64,000 bases of DNA, taken from the NCBI GenBank assembly GCA_951406725.2, contig OX597840.1, positions 558,001 through 622,000 on the forward strand. Reading direction: 5' to 3'. This document shows positions 27,408 to 42,415 of this stretch, piece after piece; within the stretch, counting starts at the first letter, position 1; each line of letters begins with the position of its first letter. The DNA is from Octopus vulgaris. Taxonomy: Eukaryota. Under the pieces are notes generated by a model that did no database searches, was not told the origin of the DNA, and worked only from the letters and a program-made list of their open reading frames with translations. The position numbers were made by a program, and so were the translations under genes.

Positions 27408-27773
27408 AGATCGACAGAAAAGGACTCCATCTGGTCAACAAAGCAGAAAATGCTCTGAGTCGAATGAAATGGAAGGCCTACTTAAAAACAAAAAAATACA
27501 AACTAATTGACCAAATAACAGTTGGCCCAAAAGACAAATCCAACAGAGAAAAACATGCAAAAGACACCATCGAAAAGTAACGTCCCATGATTTATTATTT
27601 TATTCACGAGAATTCACGAGAATGCCCACGAACTAAGCGTGACTGCGTTTAATCTCTTCGCGCCTACCATATCTGAAATATCTGTAAAGAACTTCAGTAG
27701 CGTTTCCTCACTCAAGGATGGAACAAAAAATATAAGACCAACAACGTTATAATGAATGTTGAAAACAAATAGA
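27404..27773 (+). mobile_element. PLE-like fragment with ORF remnant
   Basis: LVNKAENALSRMKWKAYL resembles the RMRWKA motif upstream of PLE reverse transcriptases; 27500-27773 is an inverted copy of ~24000-24270; follows (TA)n. Confidence 0.55.
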
Positions 27774-28164
27774 ATAATTATCCAGTTAATCAATTAATCA
27801 CTTAATTAACTGTGAATATTAAAGGTGGTTAATGTGAAAACTAAAAGCGGTTCGTGTATACCAATATAACGGTGTTAAAATGAATGACTTTGTGAGTTTT
27901 TATATATCATTTCTGTTAGTAAGGGTCATAATTATTCATTATACGTACAGGAGTATCACTAATAAAGACCATTTCTTTGCGATCAATCGTCTTTATCATT
28001 AGTATAATTATTAAGGCGGCGAATCGATAGAATAATTAGAACGCCAGACAGAACAGTTGGTGAGATTTTGTTTGTTCTAAGTTAAAATTCCTCTTCATTT
28101 CTACTAAAGGCACAAAGCCTGAAAATTGGCGGGAGGCAACTTGTCGATTAATATGAATGAACTC

Positions 28165-28772
28165 CAGCCAACGTCAAGGGTAGCAAGATTACACTTATCT
28201 AGATAGGAATGTTGAAGAGGCAGAAGAGTGCGTGGAGTTAACTTGAGTAGATATAGACTCCTATGTAGGTAATAGGGAAAAAAGTTTATTAAGAGCTGCT
28301 AGAGTCACAGCAAGACAGGGAAACAAAAGAAAAAACGAAGTTAAAAACTAGAAAAAAGAACAGAAGGTATCTGACTGGCAGGGGAAGTCTTTGGGTTGTA
28401 TGTTTCCAAAGACAGTTTCAGCAAATACTAGAAGTGAGACATGGTTATGGTTGCAGAAAGGAAGGCTGAAAAGGGAGACAGAAAATCTGTTAGTAGCTGC
28501 ATAATATCAAGCATTAAGGACTAATTGGATAAAAGCCAAGATAAACAAAAACTTGTAGTTGAAATGAAAAGTGCGGGTAAAATGTATCCCAGTAGTTATA
28601 GGTTCATTGGGGATTATCTCTAAAGATTTGATCAAATGGATAAAAGAAATAGGCGAAAAAAAACCCCAGTTTAGTACAGCTCAAGAAAACAGTATTATTA
28701 GGGAGAGCTAGGATACCTAGGAAGGTTACTTATTGTAGACTGATGTTAGGAATTTTCCGTCAGTCTAATCTG

Positions 28773-28775
<3 letters not shown>
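28165..28775 (+). mobile_element. Decayed R4/Dong-like LINE with (TAA)n tail
   Basis: ETWLWLQKGRLKRETENLLVAA*YQALRTNWIKAKI and IPVVIGSLG...KTVLLGRARI. Confidence 0.75.
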
Positions 28776-28840
<65 letters not shown>

Positions 28841-28842
<2 letters not shown>

Positions 28843-28934
28843 GGCACTGCATACATCCTACATAAAACACTTTAAATGCTGTGAAAATAAGAGCACCCTT
28901 ACAAACCACAGCACATACCCAAGGTACACAGAGA
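28841..28934 (+). mobile_element. Short Dong-like 3' fragment after (TAA)n
   Basis: taggcactgcatacatcctac...cacagcacatacccaagg matches 2423-2515. Confidence 0.7.
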
Positions 28935-29447
28935 TACAAACACGCACACATACACATACGTACACACAAACTCAGACACACAAACACACATACAGACACA
29001 TGCGCCCGCGCTCATGCATATACAAGCCCAAAATTTTTGAGGAGGTTTTCTCCATCATTTTGTTGTACATTAATAACCTAATCTTACATTGTTACTTCAC
29101 TGAGTATGAGTTTAGGCACTTTTAAAGTTTATCCCTATAGTTTTACTATATAATTTAGAGCCAGTATTAATAGTTGTGACGTTTCTTATATGAATACGCT
29201 AATGTATACAATGCAACGACAACAGAAAAATAGTTAATAAGTGTATGTACATATTGTTGGGGTTATTGCTTCCTCTTCAGCACCACACCCAACCCTTCAA
29301 CCATCCACAAACCCATTTCTTAAATAACCACCAAATGTACCAGTGTAACATAATTAAATAATCCATTTTTATATAATAAACACATTCCTGGTAACTGGTA
29401 CGTAGAAATTAATTGCTGGTAGGGATAATGAATTTCGTTTTGCAACC

Positions 29448-29840
29448 TTTTCTTCCTTTAGCACTCCGTCGGTTGCGACGATGAGGGTCCCAGGTGATAC
29501 GATCAACGGAACAGCTTGCTCGTGATATTAACCTGCAAGTGGCTGAGCACTCCACAGACACGTGTACCCTTATCGTAGTTCTCGAGGAGATTCAGCGTGA
29601 CACAGAGTGTGACAAGGCTGGCCCTTTGAAATACAGGTACAAGAGAAACAGGAAGAAAGAGCGAAAGAAAGTTGTGGCGAAAGAGTACAGCAGGCATCAC
29701 CATCATCCCCTGCCGGAGCCTCGTGGAGCTTTTAGGTGTTTTAGCTCAATAAACACTCACAACGCCCGGTCTGGGAATCGAAACCACGATCCTCCGACTG
29801 CGAGTCCGCTACCCTAACCACTGGGCCATTGCACCTCCAC
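29448..29840 (-). mobile_element. Full-length tRNA-derived SINE with 12-bp TSD
   Basis: TSD cgttttgcaacc at 29436-29447 and 29841-29852; head and core shared with 3155-3334. Confidence 0.85.
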
Positions 29841-30199
29841 CGTTTTGCAACCATAATATATAACAAACTATATTAAAGATTTATGAGTCAAAACTGCGAA
29901 AACAACGCACTGCTAACACAAAGGAGTTCATATTATTGATTTGTAAATCTTTAATATACTCTCTAGTACATTATGGTTAAATAACAAAATACGGTGTCCC
30001 TACAAGTAATTAGTGTGTATCTACCAGTTGCTAACAATGTAGAATATGTAAATTGGTATATCCAATAATGTTACACCGCTAAACTTGGTTGCACTTCAAT
30101 CCATCAAGCTATTCTTGAAAGAAGGAGTCACAATTTACCATCAAATTTAGCCCAAACGCCCTTTTTCTATCACAGTTATAGATGTATACTATATAAATA

Positions 30200-30830
30200 T
30201 GTATGTTTGCATGTAAGTGTGTATGTATGTATGTATGTATGTATGTATGTATGTATGTGTGTATGTATTAATGTATGTATGTGTGTATGTATGTTTGTAT
30301 GTGAGTATGTATGTATGCATGCATGCATGTATGTATGCATGTGTGTATGTATGTATGTATGTATGCATGCATGTATGTATGTATGTGTATATGTACGTAT
30401 GTATGTATGCATGTATGTATGTATGTATGTATGTATGTATGTATGCATGTATGTATGTATGTATGTATGTATGTATGTATGTATGTATGTATGTATGTAT
30501 GCATGCATGTATGTATGCATGCATACATACATACATACATACACACATACATACATACATACATGCATGCATACATACATACATACATATACACATACAT
30601 ACATACATGCATGCATACATACATATATAATGCATACATACATGCATACATACATACATACTCACATACAAACATACATACATACATACATACATACATA
30701 CATACACATGTATATATGTATGTATGTATGCATGCATGTATGTATGTATGTATATATGTATGGATGTATGTATGTATGTATATATGTATGTATGCATGTA
30801 TGTATGTATGTATATATGTGTGGCTATATG
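30200..30830. repeat. (TATG)n/(CATA)n tract with strand switches
   Basis: Orientation flips near 30520 and 30708. Confidence 0.9.
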
Positions 30831-31965
30831 GCATTATTCAGTTTTATTTCTAGATTTTTGTCAACAAAGAACTGGTTTCTAACCTAGATCTAAGACTCTT
30901 TCATTGGAATTTCAACATTAACAATAGGATATTTTTATTTGTATGTATGTATGTATGTATGTATTTATGTATGTATGTATCTATGTATGTATGTATCTAT
31001 GTATATATGTATGTATGTGTAGATTTGTATGTGTTATGTATGTATTCTCATGCATATAGTACCTAGACATGCTTGTATGTATGCATTTATGTATGTATAT
31101 ATGTGTGTTTGTGTGTTTGCGTATGTGTGTATGTGTATATATATATGCATGTATGTATTTGTAAGTAATTAAATCATAGTGACAAACGCTTACCACTTTC
31201 TGGGGTTCTGTGAGAAATACCTAGTGACAAAACACTTCAGGTCTTTCATAAAACTTGTTCCACTTCTAGATGGACCGCAGGACAACAGCTTGGAGAACCT
31301 CGCTTCTGATGATTGTACAGCGTGCCCTGACGACAACCAAGAGTATTTTTACGTATCCGCGCTCAGATGGATAGATGGATTGTCATCACATATGCTAGTT
31401 AACTGACAGTTGGGACCCTGATTGGTGCTACTTCCCGGTCAGAGTAAACCTGGGAAACATTATGGCTAAGAGATGGATCCATATCATTAAAAACCCTGGC
31501 GTTGTAAGGCCAAAGCCTCATCACTCTCTCTCTCTCTATATTTTTCTCTCTTACTCTCCATCCATCGCTCTATTTATTCCTCCATGCCTACACATACATC
31601 TATGCTTATAGATATTGCGTATATTGCATTCTAGACAAACATCCATAAATATATATGTGTGTGCGTGGCGTGCATGTGTGTGTGTTTGTACATGTGTCTT
31701 CGTGTGCGTGTGTGTATCTTGTATATGTTTGTGTGTTTCCGTGTGTTAGTCTTTAGATGTGTATGCATACATAAAAGCATCCATTCATATATACATACGT
31801 ATATAAGTATATGTATGTACATATGGATGGATGTATGGATGTATGGATGTATGTATGAATGTATATGTATATATATATACATATATATATACATACATAT
31901 GTATATATATATATATATATGTACATGAATACATATATATGTGTGTATGTGTGTGTGTACATATG

Positions 31966-32007
<42 letters not shown>

Positions 32008-32119
32008 TGTGTGTGCATTTATATAATTATAAACACAATTATTGTGTAAACTTGATGTCTCGTAAATTGTATGAAATATAATTTAAGAGACATTATCTTA
32101 AAAGTGATTAAAAATTAAA

Positions 32120-32227
32120 TATTAACACACCAGCTACCAGTACAACCATCAACACCATCACCGCCATCACCACCACTTCCACCACCATCACCACTTCTAC
32201 CATCATCAGTAGCAGCTACTGCTACGG

Positions 32228-32278
<51 letters not shown>

Positions 32279-32395
32279 TTACTACTACTGCTGCTACCAC
32301 TACTAACAACAACATTAACAGTAGTGCCATCAACATTACTACTACTACTACTACTACTATTACTACTACTGCAGCTGTTGCTGGTGCTGCTCCTG

Positions 32396-32445
<50 letters not shown>

Positions 32446-32470
32446 GCAGCTGTTGCTGGTGCTGCTCCTG

Positions 32471-32544
<74 letters not shown>

Positions 32545-32566
32545 GCAGCTGTTGCTGGTGCTGCTG

Positions 32567-32651
<85 letters not shown>

Positions 32652-33942
32652 TAATATTACCAACAACGGCAAAACCAACATCACCGGTAATACGTCCACA
32701 GCTATAACAATCGCTAAAGTGAACAGCAGCGTCATGAGTCCTACTGTCACACCACCACCACCACCACCACCACCACCACCACCACCACCACCACTACCAC
32801 CAACAGCAGCAACTACAACAATAACAACTCCAATACCACCACCAATCCACAACATCAACCACAATACCAACATCACCACCACCACCACTACCGCAGTCAC
32901 CACAGCAGTAACGCTAGAACCGGTCCAACTACAAATATGCACACTACCATCGTCACCATCAGAGTAAATACCATCAGCAATATGGCGGCCAACACACCTT
33001 TCAACAAATGCATCAGTCGGCAACTGCACTGATATTATTACTATCACCCCCGCACCACCACCACAACCATTACCACCACCACCACCACCACCACCATCAC
33101 CACCACCACCACCACCACTATCACCACCACCACCACCATTACCACCACCACCATCACCACCACCACCACCACCACCACCACCACCATCACCACCACCACC
33201 ACCACTATCACCACCACCACCACCACCACCATCACCACTACCACCATCACCACCACCACCGCCACCACCACAACCATTACCACCACCACCACCACCACCA
33301 CCACCACCACCACCACCACCACCACCACCACCACCACCACCACCACCACCACCACTATCACTATTAACATCAGCAATAACAGCATCACCGACAACGCTAC
33401 CACATAAACCACGACGGCATATATATACAGCCTCAACGCTGCCACCATCAGCGACAAGGTCTCATCCATTTACGTCACTACCACCCCCAACACCACCCCC
33501 AAGACCACCAACACCATCGTCATCATGATCATCATTATAATCCTCATGATCATATGATCGTCATCATCTCCACCACCACCACCACCGCCGAAACAGCCAC
33601 CATTGTCACCACCACCACCACCACCACCACCACCACCACCACCACCACCACTACCACCACCACCACCACCAACACCATCGCCATAAGCAGCAAGAGCAAT
33701 AGCAACAACATTCAAAACGGCAACAATCATAACAACAGCAACAGCTATTATATAACCGCTGTCGACTCCACCACCCTCAAGGACTATCAATTCTAGCTCC
33801 ACCACCAAAACACTGGGGTCGATCAAATCGACTGGACCCCTCCCCCAAAATTTCGGGTCTCGTGCCTAGAGTAGAAAAGAATATTCTGCCCTTGGCATTA
33901 CCACATACACTACTAATATCACCATCGTCATCATCATCGTCG

Positions 33943-34023
<81 letters not shown>

Positions 34024-34047
34024 TCAAACTCCTCACTGTCATCCTCG

Positions 34048-34094
<47 letters not shown>

Positions 34095-34095
34095 G

Positions 34096-34133
<38 letters not shown>

Positions 34134-34285
34134 GTTATCATTATTATTGTAATTCAAATGGCTAAGTCCTGGTACACTTTACTATTTTCCCTATACCTCT
34201 CATATTGAATTTCCCATCTTTTGGGACTGTAAAGTCAATTATCTGGATTTCCTATTCTCTTTATCTACTACTACTACTACTACTG

Positions 34286-34357
<72 letters not shown>

Positions 34358-34464
34358 AATCAGGCCTTCTAGCTTACTACCACCACCACCACTACCAGCA
34401 CCTTCACCACCACCACTTCTACTAAAATCACTTCACGCAACCCAACCAAAATCGACACTAGTAT

Positions 34465-34504
<40 letters not shown>

Positions 34505-34510
34505 TGCAGT
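32120..34510. repeat. Trinucleotide-repeat field: (CTA)n, (CCA)n, (CAT)n, (CAG)n
   Basis: Directly visible; includes three higher-order ctgcagctgttgctggtgctgct units at ~32368, 32443 and 32542. Confidence 0.9.
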
Positions 34511-35256
34511 GTCTAGAAACGTCGTCCTAAAGAAATACTTATATCAGGAACAAACCCATCATCACAGTGCATGCCTCTTCTGTTGCTGCTAATGATGCAG
34601 CTGCTGATACTCCTGTTTCCCTCCTCCTCGTCAGCATCTTCGACGTCGTTGTAGTTATCGTTATCATCATCCTCACCACTATTACCTTGGTACCCGAAGT
34701 CTAGCGGTTTGGCACAAGAATCCGATAGAATAAGTATTAGGCTGGCGGAGGTAAAGGACATGAACTGCACCGCAAAATAACAAAAACGAGCTAAATCGAA
34801 AGAGGGTGCCATCGGTGTCCTTTATCTCCTCAAACTAGACTTACAAAACACAAATCCTGGGATCGATTCGTTCGATTCAAAGTGGTGCTCCAGCATGGCC
34901 GCAATCAAATGACTGAGACAAGTAAAATAATATATATACGTATATATATATATATATTTATAACCAAGAGTCCATAATTGACCGAGGACTGTTTGATTTC
35001 GTTATTTTTCTTCTTTTTTTGCCACATTATGAGTTACAAATACTGTTGTCTGTGGAGATATATTTTTGTAGTAAAAGAAATAACAGTTCTCTGGGTGCTA
35101 TTTCTAATACTTTCGGTATGTGGTCTAGCAATTTGTTGCAAAGACCCTCTTTGTTATACTTGTATAAACTTTTACCGAATATGGTCCTTTTCCATACCGA
35201 AACACTTCTTGGTGAAATTTGTTGATTTTATTAAATTAATTATATTTCGCCCTTTA

Positions 35257-35315
<59 letters not shown>

Positions 35316-35525
35316 ATATAGGATAAAACATTTTTTTCGGGAAAAATTTTTTTATCAATGGCCAGCATATCAAAAAATGCCTTTAAAAGTAAAATTTATA
35401 CTTAATTTACAAGATAAGGGCAGAAGAAAAATTCTAATGCCAGATACGCCGAAACAAAAAATTGACGATAACCATTAAATTTATGCGTCTCGAAACAAAC
35501 CGATAGAAATCTCTATCTTGTAAAG

Positions 35526-35604
<79 letters not shown>

Positions 35605-35607
<3 letters not shown>

Positions 35608-35962
35608 TGTATACTGTCAACTTAACGTGACAGCCCCATAAACGGAATCAAACCACCACTATTTAGCCCTAGGAAGCATCAAAGCTTTATTTCACTGGAA
35701 TCATTATATGGTTACAAGGTCTAGACAGGCATCTGCAGCCAGCTAGAGAACCATGCTACTCCAGACTGATGACGAGCTAGACTCAGAAACATGCCTCTGG
35801 ATGCAATCTTAGCTGGATGGGGGTACTTGTCTCCCCTTTGTAAACATAAGGACACAAGAAATGTTTCAAGGCCGACAGGAAGCGTTGATGCTTCCTAGGG
35901 CTAAATAGCGGTAGCGTGATTCCCTTTATGGGACTGTCATGTTAAGTTGACAGTATACAGCT
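35605..35962. mobile_element. Inverted-repeat PLE-like fragment after (TA)n
   Basis: Arms 35605-35687 and 35880-35962 enclose an HHR. Confidence 0.75.
35760..35801 (+). ncRNA. Minimal hammerhead, cleavage triplet mutated (GCC)
   Basis: tccaga CTGATGA c GAG ctaga CTC a GAAA CATG CC tctgga; 6-bp stem I. Confidence 0.7.
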
Positions 35963-36185
35963 GCTTTATCATTCCACCTCTGCTTATATCTCTCTGAGAT
36001 ATTCAGAAATTTAATATTTCTATTATATATATGTACGTATATATATTAGAAGGTTTGGAGATGATGTACAGGTATTTTATATTAGAAGAAATGAGGTACT
36101 CAGAAATTCGGATGGTTTTATATTTACATATATTTATTTGTATATTACATGTTTTTATACATCATATAACTTATATCATATATCA

Positions 36186-36228
36186 TATGTTAGCACTTTC
36201 GTCCATTCTGGTGGATTTTTCAAATATA
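36186..36228 (-). ncRNA. Minimal hammerhead, U3-A8 core (decayed)
   Basis: Minus strand reads tatat TTGAAAA aTCCA ccagaa TGGAc GAAA GTGC TA acata. Confidence 0.55.
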
Positions 36229-36301
36229 TATGTATATATATTTACATATATATATATATATATTTACATATATATATATATTTACATATATATATATTTA
36301 C

Positions 36302-36436
<135 letters not shown>

Positions 36437-37116
36437 TACATGTAACTGCCAAAAAAATCAATTATCGTATAAAACAGCCGGTATCCATGACAACTATTTG
36501 ACTCCGATTAAGCAATTTAATTAACAATCGCTTGCTATGTCACAATTTCAACTATTTAATACTTAAATATTTGAAACATCTAAATATTTAGATATTTTAA
36601 CTATCAACTATTTTAACAGTTAATTATTTAAATAGTTAAATATCCATTAGCAAAGTTAAGTATTTAACTTCGAAATATTAAGTGTTTAATGAATAATGTC
36701 GGAATGTTTCCAGTACGTAAGATGGATTTTTAGTAAAGAATTTGGTCAAGGAACGACGCAGTTTCAAGCTTGGACCTTCAGAATAGTAAGTTGATTAAAG
36801 GTGTTCTGTTATATGTTGGGTCGAATAGAGGATTGCGAAAAGAAGATGCCTGTTGTATATACACGTACAGATGTATGTATGTATGTATGTATGTATGTAT
36901 GCATGTATGTATGTATGTATGTATCTATCCCTTTCTCTGACTGTCTGTATGTCTGTCTCTCCCTCTCTCTCTCTCTCTAACTGTCAGTCTGTCTGTCTAT
37001 CTGTCTATCTATCTATCTACATTTGTATTTGTCCCCTCTGTATTCAGCCCTGTGTGGCCAATAAAGAAAGTTATCTGTGTTTATCCATCCATCCATCCAT
37101 CCATCCATCCATCCAT

Positions 37117-37181
<65 letters not shown>

Positions 37182-37236
37182 AGTCTATCTATCCATCCAT
37201 CCATCCATCCACCCGTACATCCGTCTCCCTGTCTGG

Positions 37237-37326
<90 letters not shown>

Positions 37327-37349
37327 GTCCATCTGTCTGTCTATTTATC

Positions 37350-37629
37350 TATCTGCCTACCACGCGAGCGTATATCTCTAAATAAAAAATTCACCCCTCA
37401 TGTAATATAAACAAATGGACAGAGCTGTAAGATCAAACCGTCGGTCAGTGCATTTGCCCGGCAGCCCGTCTGGTTGTCAATCAGTCCGTCCGTCCGTCCG
37501 TCCGCCCGTCTGCCAATCTCTCTGTCCGGCCGTTCGTCCGTCCTTTACCAAAATTTCGCACGTGAACCAAAGAGGCTTTTGCAATTATCACCTTTTATTG
37601 CAGCATATTAGACGCTTATCGATTCGATC
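37350..37629 (+). repeat. ~300-bp repeat with internal (CCGT)n, copy 2
   Basis: Highly similar to 25905-26231, with a shorter CCGT tract. Confidence 0.85.
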
Positions 37630-37655
37630 TATCCATCGATCAATCCGTCCCTCCT

Positions 37656-37695
<40 letters not shown>

Positions 37696-37972
37696 TTTTT
37701 TCTTTTTTTCTTTCTTTCTATTCATCTCACCGTGCGCGTGTAAGTGCGTGTATATGTATGTACTTCAAACAGAGTACCATCCTGTGATTAAGAATTAAAG
37801 AACACTAGGTTAGTTAAAATGCTTTTAACATATCTAAACCTGTCACCGTGAGTGTGTGTATGTATATGCGTATGTGTGTTATAGATCTGTCATTGAACAT
37901 GCATGTATATACATGAACAGACACACACACACACACACAAATACACCCTACACACAACACTCACACGTACAC

Positions 37973-38009
<37 letters not shown>

Positions 38010-38029
38010 CGGACGTTAAATGATAATGA

Positions 38030-38073
<44 letters not shown>

Positions 38074-38083
38074 ATATACATAT

Positions 38084-38114
<31 letters not shown>

Positions 38115-38146
38115 CATGCATACATATATGTATATATATATATATA

Positions 38147-38541
38147 CTAGCAGTATCGCCCGGCGTTGCTCGGGTTTGTAAGGGAAATAATTATATAAGC
38201 ATTTTTAGAGATGTAAAGTATAATAGCCATCTCAATATGGCTAACCACAAAGAGGGAGGGGTGTTACTGTAGCTTTTTACGTTCTGAGATTTAATAATAA
38301 ATTTTAGAGAGTTACTTCCCTTATATATGTCAAAAATGGATTAAAAATGGGAAAAATTGATGGTAATTTTTTTTTTAAATCGTAGACTCATCGTAGACGC
38401 GCGCTAATACCCAGACGGTCTCGATATGAATCACGACTATAAGATACCCGGTTTTGGTTAAACTGCACCGCAAAATGTGGGAGTAGTTAGGAATCTAAAT
38501 CGTAGGAGACAGACACACAACCTCACTTTTATATATAAAGA
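38147..38541 (-). mobile_element. Non-autonomous Helitron, both termini present
   Basis: Minus strand: A|TC 5' end at 38541, subterminal hairpin, CTAG|T at 38150-38147; no TSD. Confidence 0.85.
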
Positions 38542-38707
38542 TTTCCTCTATTTACATAATATTGAGGTCTCTTTCTTTCTTTTGTTATCTTACTGTTTTT
38601 AACAATATACATACATATATATATATATATAAATATATAAATAGTTACAGAGATGTACTTGCATAGCAAGTGACTTGATCTGAGATCGTGTGCTGGAACG
38701 AAAACAG

Positions 38708-38967
38708 TTGCAGCGTTGAAGGTGTTTATAAGCCATTTAAGAAACACACAAAAACCGTTAGATTCACTTCAACATTTAAATTTAATTTGTCAAAATATTT
38801 TCGTCGCTTTGAGACCGCGACCTGTTAGCACGATATTTTTGTCAGTGAACAGGTCGCGGTCTCAAAGCGACGAAAATATTTTGGCAAATGAAATTTAAAT
38901 GTTGAAGTGAATGTAACGGTTTTTGTGTGTTTCTTAAATGGCTTACAAACACCTTCCACGCTGCAAT
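38708..38967. mobile_element. Near-perfect ~119-bp fold-back with 21-nt loop, PLE-like
   Basis: Arms 38708-38826 and 38848-38967. Confidence 0.85.
38838..38888 (+). ncRNA. Minimal hammerhead, G3-C8 compensatory core
   Basis: tttgtca GTGAACA G GTCGC ggtctcaaa GCGAC GAAA ATAT TT tggcaaa; the inverted arm has the perfect stem I strand tgacaaa. Confidence 0.7.
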
Positions 38968-39311
38968 ATATATATACACACATATATATATATGTATGTA
39001 TGTATGCATGTATGTGTGTGTTTGTGCGTGTCTGTGCTTGTGATTGTTCTCCACCACTGCTTGACAACGAATGTTGGTTTGTTTACATCCCTGTCACCTA
39101 GTGGTTTGACAAAGGAAACAGATAGAATAAGTACAATGCTTACAAAAATAAAACTGGAGTTGATTCATTAAACTACAATTCTTCAAGGCATTGCCCCAGC
39201 ATGGCCACAGACCAATGGCTGGAAAAAGCAGAAGAATAAAAGAATACATTCTCTGCTTTGGTCTTATGTTCAAGGCATAAGAAAGCTTGAGTTTACATGA
39301 GAAGGCCTAAC

Positions 39312-39686
39312 AGACCTGGTAGAAACAGCAGCCAAATCTCCCTCAAATCACACCTTACTGTCTTATGTATGTATATATATATGAGCCAATGAGGGGGACC
39401 TCTACATGGTAGCTAGACCTGATAGAAATAGCAGCCAAATTTCCCCCAAATCACACCTTACTGTCTTATCTATGTATATATGTATGTATGAGCCTATGAG
39501 GGAGACCCCTACATGGCAGCTAGACCTGGTAGAAATAGCAGCCAAATTTCCCCCAAATCACACCTTACTGTCTTATCTATGTATATATGTATGTATGAGC
39601 CTATGAGGGAGACCCCTACATGGCAGCTAGACATGGTAGAAATAGCAGTCAAATCTCCCTCAAATCACACCTTACTGTCTTATCTT
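39312..39686 (+). repeat. ~107-bp tandem repeat, 3.5 copies
   Basis: agac(c/a)tg.tagaaa.agcag units start at 39312, 39415, 39522 and 39629. Confidence 0.9.
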
Positions 39687-39738
39687 TCTGCTACTTATAT
39701 TCGTCGTAAAAAACTTTCCTGTCACACACTCACGCACA

Positions 39739-39769
<31 letters not shown>

Positions 39770-39780
39770 GCGCACCCTCA

Positions 39781-39815
<35 letters not shown>

Positions 39816-40259
39816 TCACACACACGCACGTTAGCTTACAATTTTATTTATATATTTGCGTGTCTGTGTTGAAAGAGGAAGTGAGGAGGCAGAGTGAAAG
39901 AATCACTCACTACAGTAAGTAAATTACTTTCATTTTATTCGCTGCCCACTGTGTGTGTGCGTTTGCGTGTGGTGTAAACCAGACTAAGAAAAGCATTTGA
40001 CACACACACCAGAATGTGAGTTTTCTGTATATTTTGCTTAATTGGAGTTTAAATTTTAAAAACTGGACCTGGCATGACGCGATGCATTGTACTCTTAAAA
40101 TTGCTAGGTAAATTGTAATTGAAGAAATCCTATATTGTAGATTTGTATAACTCCCAAAGGGAGGCAGATAAAATCTGCCTTTTATAATAAGAGATATATA
40201 TATATATATGTATATATGTATATAACAATATATATATATTGTTATATACATATATACAT

Positions 40260-40374
<115 letters not shown>

Positions 40375-40776
40375 TCTTGGCTTAACAGCCCTCACTGTTT
40401 GTTTTTAGTGTCTTGTTCGCACCGTCATTTTCTTATTTCCGCTTTCAGCCTCCGCAAAAAATCCCAAATTGTAATTAATTTCCTTTGCGGGTAGGATTGT
40501 TTCAAAGAAGTCGCGTATTGTCCTCGCCTTCGAAAACGCTGGGGAGAGGAAACAGGGACAACTGATGAAGGTGGATATTCTTTATGTTGCCTGTCACGTT
40601 TCTCTGTCTTTTTTTGTTGTTTGAAAAAAAAGTTCGTTTTTATGTTTTTGTCTTATGTTTTCGTTTCTCATTATGTTCAAGGTTTTCTTCATCTCGTGAA
40701 CCTATATATGCATGTATATATATATATATATATATATACATATATATGTAGGCATGTACATATACATATGTATATA

Positions 40777-40845
<69 letters not shown>

Positions 40846-40957
40846 ATAATAACAAAGGGTAAAATTAATTAATTAAGAAGTAATCAGTAATTTCACCAAG
40901 TAGAATTCGGCATGAAAAATGAAAAAGACAATTTCATGGTAAGCTTAGGTAATACTT

Positions 40958-41301
<344 letters not shown>

Positions 41302-41484
41302 TATCAAACAGTATCGTGAAGCATGACACAATCGCCTGTCGTTATATCACATGCACAAACACATCTCGTTTCAAATCGAAGATAGCAGAGCGGTAAAACG
41401 CCCAACCCCATAGCAGCACGTATAAATTTCCCTGACAACAACAACAACAACAACAACAACAGCAACAACAATAATAACGATAAC

Positions 41485-41569
<85 letters not shown>

Positions 41570-41575
41570 GTAATA

Positions 41576-41625
<50 letters not shown>

Positions 41626-41748
41626 TAATAATAATAGATAATAATAATAATAATAATAATAATGATGATAATAATATTAATAATAATAATAGTAATAATA
41701 ATAGTAATAATAATAATAATAATAAAAAATAATGAGCAAATAAAAATA

Positions 41749-41964
41749 ATAGAAATCAGCAAAATGTGGAAGCTGAAGACTAAAACAATACCTGTTGTCA
41801 TAGGTGCCCTGGGAATGATAGCAAAAGGGGCTGATAGCTACCTAACTCAGATACCAGGAAACCCAAAAATGGCAGAAGTTCAAAAGATAGTGCTCATGGG
41901 AACTGCTCATATCCTACGCAAAATACTCATGTAATCTCAAGGTTTAAAACAAACATAATTTTCG

Positions 41965-42012
<48 letters not shown>

Positions 42013-42162
42013 AGACATTCATTAGTACAACATCCCCACCCCCAAATATATGGCACACTAGGCATAACAACAACATGAACTTCCAACCCTGTTGTCTCTT
42101 GAGGTCTCTGGGTGAGACTTGGAGCCAACTTGTACAAATATAAAGCAAAAGTCAAACATAGA
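41749..42162 (+). mobile_element. 5'-truncated R4/Dong-like LINE (second subfamily) in (TAA)n
   Basis: IEISKMWKLKTKTIPVVIGALG...QKIVLMGTAHILRKILM*; long (AAT)n on both sides. Confidence 0.85.
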
Positions 42163-42185
42163 ATAATAATAATAATAACTACAAC

Positions 42186-42232
<47 letters not shown>

Positions 42233-42342
42233 CAACAACAACAACAATAATAATAATAATAATGATAATAACAACAACAATAATAATAATAATAATAATA
42301 ACAATAACAATAATAATAATGATAATAATAATAATAATAATG

Positions 42343-42415
<73 letters not shown>

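Noticed and set aside
31179-31500. 75-aa non-repetitive ORF
   Set aside because: No recognisable motif; more likely a very old LINE remnant, too decayed to classify.
32115-33830. Mucin-like Thr-rich or poly-His reading frames
   Set aside because: Degenerate trinucleotide repeats with shifting frames and no start, signal peptide or exon boundaries.
40530-40600. CTGATGAAGG half-motifs (also ~14164-14175 and ~50867-50878, minus strand)
   Set aside because: No downstream GAAA-stem III-UH with a matching stem I, and no convincing type-II fold. Probably PLE-related but not counted as hammerheads.
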